From: Opitutales bacterium
Lineage (GTDB): Bacteria; Verrucomicrobiota; Verrucomicrobiia; Opitutales; Opitutaceae
DNA length: 64,000 bases
Direction of reading: 5' to 3'
Assembly (NCBI GenBank): GCA_038249085.1
Contig: JBBRWR010000010.1
Coordinates: forward strand, 11,009 to 75,008
Shown: in pieces, positions 44,577 to 53,566 of the stretch
How the letters are laid out: each line of letters begins with the position of its first letter
Position numbering within the stretch: the stretch's first letter is position 1
Notes under the pieces: generated by a model
What the model was told of the DNA's origin: nothing
Databases searched by the model: none
Seen by the model: only the letters and a program-made list of their open reading frames with translations
Program-made: the position numbers and the translations under genes

Positions 44577-44809
44577 TTCTTCAGCCTATCCCACGCGTCC
44601 TCATCGAAGGCGGGCTTGGCCGGGTCGTAGGTCGAGGGCTTCCAACCGTCCTGGCGACAGGCGCCCAGCAGCCAGCCGCGTCCATCGGCGGGAAAGTCCT
44701 TTTCGACCGTGGTCCGTACGAGTTCGGACACCGAGACCTTGCGCTGGCGGGCGGCGCGGGCGAGGCGCCGCTTGAAATCGGGAGACACTTTGAGGGTCAG
44801 GGTCGGCAT
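44573..44809 (-). CDS. antitoxin of the VapBC-type pair (RHH/CopG-like N-terminus)
   Basis: 78 aa. MPTLTLKVSPDFKRRLARAARQRKVSVSELVRTTVEK resembles a ribbon-helix-helix. There is a 4-nt overlap with the PIN gene. Confidence 0.7.
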   Translation of the reverse strand: MPTLTLKVSPDFKRRLARAARQRKVSVSELVRTTVEKDFPADGRGWLLGACRQDGWKPSTYDPAKPAFDEDAWDRLKK

Positions 44810-45401
44810 GGTGTTACCGTGGTATTACCCTGTGCTCGTGTCAAGAGGCCGGCGGCGGCGTGCGTTGACCGGGGCCGGCCACGACGTTTGCACGGTGCCG
44901 ATGCAGGGTTTGCAGTCGTCTGTCGATGGTGAGTGTCGGACGGGCTGATTCGATTCGCAACCTGCAACAGTCCGACCCCGCCGCCGTCGACTACGACTCA
45001 GGTGTCTTGCCTCAGCTGCGCCGTGGGGCTCGAGCGAAGCAGTTGGCGCAGTGAGTCCACGCCACAGCGCGCGGGCAGAGGGCGCTGCTTCGCGGGGCGG
45101 AACCTGGTGTACTCGCGCCGAGCTGCCCGACTCCAGGGGCCCCGCGGACTGAAAATAGCCGGTAACCATTCCGCCCCCGCCGGGTTATCACGGGCGACAC
45201 CCACTATGTTCCGTTGCCGCCGTGATTGCCACCTTCGACGAATCTCCCGCCTCCCCGCTCATGCGCCCGTTCGCCGCCGCCGCTAGCGCTTCATGTCTGA
45301 CGGTGAATCGCCTCGCGCCCACGGCTGCTTCCGTGGTTAATCGCCGGTCCGCTTCTCCCGCCGTGGCTTCCGCTTCCGCACAACGCTCCGACCACGCGCT
45401 C

Positions 45402-45938
45402 ATGCTGGCCGTCCGCGACGGCGAGCTCGACGCGCTGGGCGATCTCTTCGAGCGCCACCACGGTCCGCTCTTCGGTTTCCTGGTCAAACTCATGGGCCAT
45501 CATGCCGCCGCCGAGGATGTTTCCCAGACGGTCTTCCAGCGCATGCTCAAGTACCGCCACACCTATCGGGACGACGGCAGCTTCACCGCGTGGATGTATC
45601 ATCTCGCCCGTCGCTGCGCCGCGGATCACTTCCGCAAGGCCAAGGTGGCACCGTATGCCACCGATCCCGCCGACCTGACGGACGTCGCGGACGATGCGCC
45701 CCATGCCGACGACCAGGCGACGAGGAGCGACGATCACGCGCTCCTCCACGCCGCCCTCGCCCGGCTCGACCGCGACGACCGCGAGGTGCTGCTCCTGGCC
45801 CGTTTCCGGGAACTCTCGTTCGCCGAAATCGCCGGCATCCTCGAATGCTCGATCGGTGCCGCCAAGGTCCGCGCCCACCGCGCCCTGCGCGAATTGCGCG
45901 ACCTCTACTTCAAATTACAAAAGGAACCCCGCTCATGA
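45402..45938 (+). CDS. ECF-type RNA polymerase sigma-70 factor
   Basis: Region 2 block: DALGDLFERHHGPLFGFLVKLMG...AEDVSQTVFQRMLKYRHTY...FTAWMYHLARR. Region 4 block: REVLLLARFRELSFAEIAGILECSIGAAKVRAHRALRELR. The start is uncertain, with in-frame alternatives at 45222 (GTG) and 45261 (ATG). Confidence 0.85.
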   Translation: MLAVRDGELDALGDLFERHHGPLFGFLVKLMGHHAAAEDVSQTVFQRMLKYRHTYRDDGSFTAWMYHLARRCAADHFRKAKVAPYATDPADLTDVADDAPHADDQATRSDDHALLHAALARLDRDDREVLLLARFRELSFAEIAGILECSIGAAKVRAHRALRELRDLYFKLQKEPRS

Positions 45939-46765
45939 ACTGCCCCGACGCCCGCGATCTCTTTCCCGCGCTGCTCGACGCCCGCACCGCCGCCACCGAA
46001 CACCTCGAGGCCCGCGCCCACCTCGCCGCCTGCCCCGCCTGCCAGCGCGACTTCACGGCCCTCTGCCAGACGATCTCCGCCCTGGATTCCCTGCCGGTGC
46101 CCGCGCCCTCGTCCCACCTGCGCCGGAATTTCTACGCGATGCTCGAGGAGGAAAAGCACTCCGCCGCCAGCGTGCGCGCCGCCACGGTCCGCGAACAACG
46201 CGTGCGCCGCGTCGCGCGGTGGCGCTGGATCCTCGCGCCCGCCTTCGGCACCGCACTGTTGATCGGCGGCTTCCTTACCGGCACGCGTTACCCGTCGGCC
46301 CCGGCGCCCGCCGAGTTTGCCGCCGACGCCACCCAGCGGGAAATCCGCCAGTTGCGCGATCAGGTGAACAAGATGGGCCGGCTCGTGGGCTACCAGCTCC
46401 TGCAGCAGCAGCAGGGCCCGGCCAATGACCGCCTGCGCGACGTGCTCGTCGCCGCCCGCTCCGAGGAACCCGGCGACCGGGTGCTCGACAATCTTATCAG
46501 CGCCCTCGCGTTCGATCCCAGCGCCAACGTGCGCCTCCGCGCCCTCGAGGCCCTCTACCCGCACGCCGACAACGCGCTCGTCCGCGCCGGGGTGCTCGCC
46601 GCCCTGCCGCGCGAGCAAAACCCGCTCGTGCAACTCGAACTCATCGACTTCGTCGGCTCCGCGAGCGATCGCGAGGCCGTTCCCGCCCTCCAGGAGATGT
46701 CCCAGAGCGAGTCGGTCGACCGCAGCGTCCGCGATGCCGCCCGCCGCGCGCTGGCCCAACTCTGA
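45935..46765 (+). CDS. anti-sigma factor (zf-HC2) with transmembrane segment and HEAT-like C-terminal repeats
   Basis: The ATG overlaps the sigma gene stop (ATGA). HLAACPAC zinc motif. TM segment WRWILAPAFGTALLIGGFLTG. HEAT-like repeats: NVRLRALEALY.../VRAGVLAAL.../SVRDAARRAL. Confidence 0.8.
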   Translation: MNCPDARDLFPALLDARTAATEHLEARAHLAACPACQRDFTALCQTISALDSLPVPAPSSHLRRNFYAMLEEEKHSAASVRAATVREQRVRRVARWRWILAPAFGTALLIGGFLTGTRYPSAPAPAEFAADATQREIRQLRDQVNKMGRLVGYQLLQQQQGPANDRLRDVLVAARSEEPGDRVLDNLISALAFDPSANVRLRALEALYPHADNALVRAGVLAALPREQNPLVQLELIDFVGSASDREAVPALQEMSQSESVDRSVRDAARRALAQL

Positions 46766-46837
46766 ACCGTCCTGCCCCACGTCCGCCCAACCGCCACCGA
46801 GCGTTCCGCCCCGACCCTCTCCTCCCACTCTCCGTTT

Positions 46838-47974
46838 ATGAATGCCCGTCTTCATCCCTCCTTCCTCGTTGCCACGGTCCTGACCCTGGTCTTTCTCGTC
46901 GCCGCCCGCGGCGAAGAGGCGACCACCGCCATCAAGTTCAGCGATCCCGCCAAGCCCGGCACGGTGAAGATCGTCCTCGCCCGGGGTAATCTCCGGATCG
47001 CCGGCACCGATTCCGTCGAGGTCAGCGTCAAGTCCACGGCGAGAGCCGCTTCACGGGCTCCGCGCAAGGACGGGCTCCGTGTGCTGACGTCCTCCTCCAG
47101 TTTCTCGCTCAGCGAGAAGGACAATGTCGTCACGCTCGACGCGGCTTCCGATGGCTGGAGTGGCGCCGGCTCCGATTTCAACCTCACCGTGCCCCGGAGT
47201 TCCGCGGTGGTCGTCCAGAGTTCCTGGGGTGGTGATGTGGAGTGCGGTGGCGTGGCCGGCGACATCGAGATTCACAGCATGAACGGCCAGATCCAGCTCG
47301 ACGAGGTGACGGGCGGAATCGTGGTCGACACGATGAACGGAAAAATCAGCGCCAGCATCAACGAACTCCACGAGAACAAGCCGCTCTCCTTCACCTCCAT
47401 GAACGGCGAGGTCGTGCTGCGCCTTCCCGCCGAGGCCCGGGCCAGCGTCCGCCTCCGCACGCAGAACGGCGCGGTCCTCACCGATTTTCCCGAGTCCGCG
47501 CTCGTCACCAAGACCGAGAACGCCCCGCGCACGGTGTCGCGGCACACCGGGAAGACGATCGTGATCAACGGGCACACCGTTTTCGGTCCCGAGGCGCACG
47601 ACGCCATCCGCGAGGCGGCGCGCGTCGGGGTGCAGGTGGCGCGCGAGACCGCGCAAGCCATCCGCGAGGGGGTCGAGGCGGCCCGCCTCCATGCCGAGGT
47701 GGTGCGGGAACAGGCCGAAGCTGCGCGGGAACAGACTGAGGCCGTTCGTGAGCAGGCCGAGGGCGCCGCGGGTCGCTCCCCCGCGCGCGCCCCCCGCGCT
47801 CCGCGGGTTCCGTCGGACCCGACCTCGCCGGTGCCGCCCGTGCCGCCGGTTCCTGTGATCCCGACCATTTCCGGCGGCAAGCTGGTCACCGGCACGCTCA
47901 ATGGGGGTGGACCCGAGATCAGCGTCGCGACGATGAACGGCGACGTCGTCCTCCGCCAACTCGGGCGGAAATAG
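46838..47974 (+). CDS. secreted DUF4097-like beta-repeat protein with charged helical repeat tail
   Basis: Signal peptide MNARLHPSFLVATVLTLVFLVAARG. Repeated ...MNGQIQL/...MNGKISA/...MNGEVVL/...QNGAVLT strands. Followed by REGVEAARLHAEVVREQAEAAREQTEAVREQAEG and a Pro-rich tail. Confidence 0.7.
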   Translation: MNARLHPSFLVATVLTLVFLVAARGEEATTAIKFSDPAKPGTVKIVLARGNLRIAGTDSVEVSVKSTARAASRAPRKDGLRVLTSSSSFSLSEKDNVVTLDAASDGWSGAGSDFNLTVPRSSAVVVQSSWGGDVECGGVAGDIEIHSMNGQIQLDEVTGGIVVDTMNGKISASINELHENKPLSFTSMNGEVVLRLPAEARASVRLRTQNGAVLTDFPESALVTKTENAPRTVSRHTGKTIVINGHTVFGPEAHDAIREAARVGVQVARETAQAIREGVEAARLHAEVVREQAEAAREQTEAVREQAEGAAGRSPARAPRAPRVPSDPTSPVPPVPPVPVIPTISGGKLVTGTLNGGGPEISVATMNGDVVLRQLGRK

Positions 47975-48085
47975 GGTGGGGCGGCGGCCCGGCATCGTGC
48001 GCCGCAATGCGATTAAGGGGTACTCCGCGCTTCATGCATTTGTGATGGGTCCGATACCCCGGAGCTTGCTCCGGCTTGGATGAGT

Positions 48086-48143
48086 GTAGGGGCGGCTTTA
48101 TGCCGCGATTCGTGGGATCTTCGCGGCATAAAGCCGCTCCTAC
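48086..48143. repeat. REPIN-like inverted doublet, family C
   Basis: GTAGGGGCGGCTTTATGCCGCGA - 12-nt loop - TCGCGGCATAAAGCCGCTCCTAC, with a perfect 17-bp stem. It lies between convergent genes. A degenerate family A-type hairpin follows at 48232-48262. Confidence 0.85.
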
Positions 48144-48551
48144 AACGGATGGTGAGAACACGCGCGTGTTGGTTTGATCAAATGCCCCGCGGCTTGCGGC
48201 GGAGATGTTTACTCGTGAAAACGAAGCCGCTGTACAGTGGGGCGCGTTGTCCCCACCGCGCCTTGGTGCGTGCGCTCTCATGTTCAGCGGGTTGAGATCA
48301 ACGCGCTCCACTCGGTGGCATCATTACGGCTTGGTTCGAGGAACGCCGGGCGTCGCGCCCCGGTGCCGGTGGGTACCGTTGCACGGTACAGCCTGGCCGG
48401 GGTGCCTCTGCGAGTTGGCGGTGATGCCTCTGGGAGTAGCGCCGCGTCGCCGGAGGAAGAGCGGGCGTTGCGCGAATTCTGCCAATCGGACGGGCGCCCG
48501 GGTTGAAACGGCGGGCGACGAGTTCCTGCCTCTCGGCCCGCCGGCGCGTCT

Positions 48552-49085
48552 TCAGCGACCTGGCTTCGGTCGAGGCGGAGGGTTGCGACTCATCCATTCC
48601 AACAGGCCGGGGAGGGAAGCGGTCTGTTTCACGATTTGCCCCTCCTGTACCACCATGACGATCCACCCGTGGGGGGCGGAGTTGGCGGATACCAAGACGC
48701 TCGTCTGGAGTGCCTGCTTCTCCGCGTCGCCCAGTCGCAGCGGATCCGACACCACTCGCAGGCGCAGACTTTGCCGGCGGGGGATGGAAACTTCCGTGGC
48801 GCCCAGCGCATAGTAGTCGAATTTTCCGTCCCGCTGATCCTTGCCAATGAAGAACCATCGCACCGTGGCGGGCTCGGGTTTTCCGTCCCCCTGGTACCGA
48901 CAGGAAATATCCAGGACGCGAACCCGCTTGGTGCTGCGATCCCTGGCGCCGTCACGGCCGCGGGCGTTTAACCCGGCTCTTTGCGCCTGCTCCTGGCGGA
49001 CCTCCATGACCAGGCCCGCGGGATCGATCGCGGCCATCAGGCCCGTTGCCCCCAGCGCCAACATCACCCTTGCGAACCGTATCAT
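48552..49085 (-). CDS. hypothetical secreted protein
   Basis: The internal ATG (nt 49085) gives the signal-like MIRFARVMLALGATGLMAA. Codon use is coding-like. No recognisable domain. Confidence 0.5.
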   Translation of the reverse strand: MIRFARVMLALGATGLMAAIDPAGLVMEVRQEQAQRAGLNARGRDGARDRSTKRVRVLDISCRYQGDGKPEPATVRWFFIGKDQRDGKFDYYALGATEVSIPRRQSLRLRVVSDPLRLGDAEKQALQTSVLVSANSAPHGWIVMVVQEGQIVKQTASLPGLLEWMSRNPPPRPKPGR

Positions 49086-49247
49086 GCGTCGAGGGTGCTC
49101 AGCCGGGGCGCGACCGGCAAGTCGTCGGTCTCGTTTCCGCCGGATTCCGCATACCCAAAATTGGGGTATTGCCATGGCTTCGTGTCTGCCATCGGCGCGG
49201 GTGTCGCCGCGGGGCGGGTGGATCTGCGAGTGGGCGGTGACTTCCCT

Positions 49248-49318
49248 GTGGGCGCGGTGCCCTCACCGCGCGGCCCGGCGGGGACGACCTATCGCGGGGT
49301 GGGGGCACCCCGCCTACA
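49248..49318. repeat. REP-like palindromic repeat, family B
   Basis: GTGGGCGCGGTGCCCTCACCGCGC...GCGGGGTGGGGGCACCCCGCCTACA. The 3' half is identical to the copy at 20982-21004. Confidence 0.8.
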
Positions 49319-49443
49319 ATCGCCAATTCGGAGATGCGCCCCTGCGGGGCCGGCCGCGCAACCGGCCATTGAACTCTCAGTCGCAATCCTCTCTAGTCGC
49401 GGCCGGATCGTGGCAAGCGGACCCTCCGTCGGAAAATCTTCTT

Positions 49444-51999
49444 ATGAAAAAACACAGCAGGTTTTTGGTCGCCGTACTGATAACCATGGTGAGCGCCGTC
49501 CAGGCGGCGAACCTGACGGTGCCGTTGAAAAGCGATACCAAGATCGGCCGGCAAGCCGATGACCTGTATCTGCTGCCCACCAGCCAGCTCCTCCATCCCT
49601 GGGGGGAGCAGACCCTGGTCAAGGGGCGTCCGGTCGATCTCGCGTTTGATTCCACCCGTGAAACGCTCGCCGTGCTGAATACCCGCAACGTGCTGTTGCT
49701 GGATGCGGCCACCGGCAGACAGACGGGCAAGATCGAAGGCAAGACGACCAGCTACACCGGCCTCGCCTTCCGCCCCGGCCATCGTGAGTTGTGGGCGAGT
49801 GAAGCGACGCGCAACGGTCCGGATTACATTCTGGTCGCCGATGTGGCCGCCGGCGGCACGGGCGGCAAACCCCGGCATCTCGATCTGAAAGGCCACCCGG
49901 TGCCTGCCGGCATTGCGTTCTCGGGCGACGGCAACACCGCCTACATCGCGTTCAGCCGGAACAATTCGCTGGCGGTGTTCGACGCCGTCACGCGCACGTT
50001 GCAGCGCGAAATCCCCGTCGGCATGGCGCCGTTCGGCGTGGTCGTATCCACCCAGGCAGGTCGGGTGTTCGTTTCGAATCGCGCGGGTCGGCGTCCCGGC
50101 GCGGGCGACACCGTCGCGCCCAGCAGCGGCTCGGAGGTGGTCAGTGATCCGGCCACCGGCGCGACGACCGGCGGCACCGTGAGTGTGATGGAGATGAAAT
50201 CCCAGACGGTGCGCGAAATCAAAGTCGGGCTGGCGCCTTCGAAGCTGGTTCTGAGTCCGGACGAAAAGACGCTCGCCGTGGCGAATGCGCACTCCGACTC
50301 GATCACCTTCCTCGACACCGCGACGCTGGCCACGACGGAACTGAAAGTCCCCGCGTTCCCGGAAGGCACCCTCGGGAGCCAGCCCGTGGACGTCCGGTTC
50401 GCCGCCGACGGCAGCCGGCTCTACATTGCGTGCGGCGGCAACAACGCCGTGGCCATCGCCACCAGGGTCGCCGGCAAGTGGAACATTGCCGGGGCGATGC
50501 CGATCATCGCCGGCTCGATTGCGACGGGCTGGTTTCCGTCGGCGATCGAACTGGACCGCACGGGCGCGTTGTGGGTGGTGAACATCAAGGGGGTGGGCCA
50601 CACGGCCGACGCCAAGGGGACCTTTAACTCGCGCGAATTTGAAGGTTCGCTCGTCAAGCTGCCGGCCCCCAGCGCCGCCCAGATCGTCGCGGGCACCCGG
50701 GAAGTGCAGGCGGCCAACTCCCCACAGTTCGAGCCGAACGGCGGCGTGAAGAACCTTTCCGCGCTGGGCATCCAGCACGTCTTCTTCATCATCAAGGAGA
50801 ATCGCACCTACGACCAGATTTTCGGCGACCTGCCGCAGGGCAACGGCGATCCCGCCCTCGTGATGTTCGGCCGCGAGGTCACGCCGAATCACCACGCGTT
50901 GGCCGAGCGGTATGTCCTGCTCGACAACTTTTACGCCAGCGGGGCGATCAGCTTCGACGGCCACCAGTGGCTCATGCAGGCGTTCGTGAGCGATTACGTC
51001 GAGCGCGCCTTTGCCGCCTCGCCGCGGGGTTATGCCTGGAACATGTGCGACGCGCTGACGCTCTCGCCCGCCGGCTTTTTCTGGCAGGGCGCGCCGAAGC
51101 CGCTCGAGCTGCGCGTCTATGGCGAGTTCTCGTCGCCCGCGCAATTTGATCCCGCCACCCAAGGGGTCCGCGACATCAACGAGGAAGCCGCGAGTTGGGC
51201 CGATTACTGGAAGCTCTACCAATCGGGCCAGTGGCGCGACGTGGTGCGCAGCCGGTGTGGCATTCCGGCCGTGGCCCCGTGGGTGTGCGACCGCTACCCG
51301 GTCGGCGTGAACATCACCGACCAGATTCGCACGGAGATCCTGCTCGATGAACTGGCCGGCTGGGAGAAACAGGGTCGCGCGCCGCACCTGGCGGTCATTT
51401 GCCTGACGAGCGACCACACCATGGGCACCAAGCCCGGCTCGCCGACCCCCCGCGCGATGGTGGCCGACAACGACCTGGCGCTGGGTCGCGTGGTGGAGGC
51501 GATTTCCAAGAGTTCATTCTGGCCGCGGAGCCTCATCCTCGTGGTGGAGGACGACGCGCAAAACGGCGTCGATCATGTCGATGGCCACCGGACCGTGGCC
51601 CTGGCGATTGGACCGCATATCCGCCGCGCCGCAGTGGACTCGAACCACTACACCCAATTGAGCATGGTCCGCACCATCCAGGAGATTTTTGAAATTTCCG
51701 CGCAGACCCGTTACCTGAAGAGCGCCCGGGCGATGAACAGCATCTTCACCGTCGAGCCCGACCTCGCCCCCTACGCGCATCTGCCGGCGAACCTCGCGTT
51801 CGACACCCTGAATCCGCCGCTCAATCAAACGAAAGGCAAGACCGCGTGGGCGGCCCGCAAGTCGCTGGCGATGAATTGGAGCGACGTGGATGACGTGCCC
51901 CAGGACACCTTGAATCACATCCTCTGGTGGGACAGCAAAGGTTACGACACCCCCTATCCCGTCCGCCCGCCCAAGGGTCTGCCCGCCGGGGAAAATTAG
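49444..51999 (+). CDS. secreted beta-propeller (YncE/YVTN-like) fused to phosphoesterase-family (PLC/AcpA-type) domain
   Basis: The ATG at 49444 gives the signal peptide MKKHSRFLVAVLITMVSAVQA. Propeller-like repeats are present (..LAVLN..., ..AYIAFSRNNSLAVFD..., ..VFVSNRAG..., ..LAVANAHSDSITFLD...). Phosphoesterase motif FFIIKENRTYDQIFGDL...TSDHT...EDDAQNGVDHVDGHRT. Confidence 0.85.
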   Translation: MKKHSRFLVAVLITMVSAVQAANLTVPLKSDTKIGRQADDLYLLPTSQLLHPWGEQTLVKGRPVDLAFDSTRETLAVLNTRNVLLLDAATGRQTGKIEGKTTSYTGLAFRPGHRELWASEATRNGPDYILVADVAAGGTGGKPRHLDLKGHPVPAGIAFSGDGNTAYIAFSRNNSLAVFDAVTRTLQREIPVGMAPFGVVVSTQAGRVFVSNRAGRRPGAGDTVAPSSGSEVVSDPATGATTGGTVSVMEMKSQTVREIKVGLAPSKLVLSPDEKTLAVANAHSDSITFLDTATLATTELKVPAFPEGTLGSQPVDVRFAADGSRLYIACGGNNAVAIATRVAGKWNIAGAMPIIAGSIATGWFPSAIELDRTGALWVVNIKGVGHTADAKGTFNSREFEGSLVKLPAPSAAQIVAGTREVQAANSPQFEPNGGVKNLSALGIQHVFFIIKENRTYDQIFGDLPQGNGDPALVMFGREVTPNHHALAERYVLLDNFYASGAISFDGHQWLMQAFVSDYVERAFAASPRGYAWNMCDALTLSPAGFFWQGAPKPLELRVYGEFSSPAQFDPATQGVRDINEEAASWADYWKLYQSGQWRDVVRSRCGIPAVAPWVCDRYPVGVNITDQIRTEILLDELAGWEKQGRAPHLAVICLTSDHTMGTKPGSPTPRAMVADNDLALGRVVEAISKSSFWPRSLILVVEDDAQNGVDHVDGHRTVALAIGPHIRRAAVDSNHYTQLSMVRTIQEIFEISAQTRYLKSARAMNSIFTVEPDLAPYAHLPANLAFDTLNPPLNQTKGKTAWAARKSLAMNWSDVDDVPQDTLNHILWWDSKGYDTPYPVRPPKGLPAGEN

Positions 52000-52353
52000 C
52001 CCGCGCTCGCTTCGCTCCGTTCCGGCGGCGAGCGAGGCCGCGACAATTCCAGCGGTCGGGCTATCTCCGCCTGACGGCAGCGCGGATCAGGGGCGGAGCG
52101 GTTCCCCGCCGGCGGCCGTCTTGAGATCGCCGGCGAGATCGCGCAGCAGCGTCTCGTAGATCTCCGGGCGGCGCACGAGCAGGTAGCGCTGGTTGATCGG
52201 CTGGCCGCTGTAATTGGGCGCAGCCGGACCCGGACCAACGATCCGCAGCTTGCGCCCCGCCTCGCCCGAGAGTTCGCGCGGATTGATTTGCTGGCGCGGA
52301 TCGACTTAGCTCGGGCGGTCCACTTGGAATCGCAACGAATCGCCCTTCCTGCC

Positions 52354-53529
52354 ATGCTGCCCACCTGTGTCCGCCCCGGATCCCTGCAAAAATCTCTCGC
52401 CCGCCTTGGCTGCGTCGCCGTCGCGACGATGTTGCCGACGGCCGCCTGGTCGGGCGCCGCGGAAGGTGCCCGGCCCGGCGGTGAGCGGGTCATCTACCGC
52501 GACGCCGAGACCGGCCGGGTCATCTGGCGGATGACGGGGTCGAAGACCAACGACAAACACTGCTATTACAGCGACCAGCCCTGGAGCCCGGACATGAAGC
52601 ACATCCTCTGGTCGTCGGGCCAGCCCTCCGCGCTGTCGAAGAAGGGATCGATATGGGTGATGGACGCCGACGGCTCGAACTTCCGCCAACTCGTCGACGG
52701 TGTTCCCTACAACATGCACACCGGCGCAAATCCCGTGTGGAGCCCCGACGGCCGGCAAGTCTACTGGGGAGGAGACGGGGCCTGTGATCTGGCGGGCCAG
52801 CGGATTGGCCGGCCCAACGAGGATGCGTATCTTCGCAGCAAGGACGAGTACCGTCGCGGGCCGGTTCACATCACCAATGCCATGTGCTATGCGTTGTCAG
52901 CCCACCAGAAACTGATCGATGAAAAGCCCGCAGCCGTGCGCAATCCGAAGTGGAGCCCGGACGGGCGGACCTTCATGATCGGCTACTCCAACGAGCACGA
53001 GGATCCGGTGACGTTCAAGTTCACCCCGCCCACGGTGAAGGAACTCTACCTGATCGATGCCGACGGCAAAAACTTCCGGCGCCTGGGCGACTACGGGCAC
53101 CATCACAGTTGGACGCCGGACAGCCGGCATGTGATCTTCGCCGGTCCGAACGACGAGGGACTCGTGTATCAGGCGATCGACGGCAGTTCGCGCCGGAACG
53201 TGTCCAAGGTCACCGGCACCCATGCTTCCGTGAATCCGCAGCACACCTACGTCGTGACGGATGTCTATCACAACAACACCGGACCCTACCTGGACTTCCT
53301 GGTCCTGATCCGTCTGGCGGACGGCCGGGTGGAGAAGCTCTGTCACACTCCGCGCACTCATGCGCGCAGTCACGCGTGGACGCATCCCAACCCGAGCTGG
53401 AGCCCGGACGGCAGCATGATCATGTACGATTCCGACGAGTCGGGCGTGTGCCAGGTCTACATCGTGGTGGTCGACGAGGCCCAGGTGCGGGCGCGTTTCG
53501 GCGCCGCGGCGATTCCGCCGAAATCCTGA
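52354..53529 (+). CDS. PD40/TolB-like beta-propeller repeat protein
   Basis: ATG at 52354 with a signal-like LARLGCVAVATMLPTAAWSGAA. Recurrent WSPDG blocks: PWSPDMKHILW, VWSPDGRQVYW, KWSPDGRTFMI, SWTPDSRHVIF, SWSPDGSMIMY. Confidence 0.75.
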   Translation: MLPTCVRPGSLQKSLARLGCVAVATMLPTAAWSGAAEGARPGGERVIYRDAETGRVIWRMTGSKTNDKHCYYSDQPWSPDMKHILWSSGQPSALSKKGSIWVMDADGSNFRQLVDGVPYNMHTGANPVWSPDGRQVYWGGDGACDLAGQRIGRPNEDAYLRSKDEYRRGPVHITNAMCYALSAHQKLIDEKPAAVRNPKWSPDGRTFMIGYSNEHEDPVTFKFTPPTVKELYLIDADGKNFRRLGDYGHHHSWTPDSRHVIFAGPNDEGLVYQAIDGSSRRNVSKVTGTHASVNPQHTYVVTDVYHNNTGPYLDFLVLIRLADGRVEKLCHTPRTHARSHAWTHPNPSWSPDGSMIMYDSDESGVCQVYIVVVDEAQVRARFGAAAIPPKS

Positions 53530-53566
53530 AGGAGCCGGCCCCTCGACTGGCAGCCTTGCCTTCTTG

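Noticed and set aside
48841-49443. N-terminal extension of the propeller-phosphoesterase ORF (1052-aa version)
   Set aside because: It runs antisense across the 48552-49085 gene and through REP copy 49248-49318. The ATG at 49444 gives a clean signal peptide.
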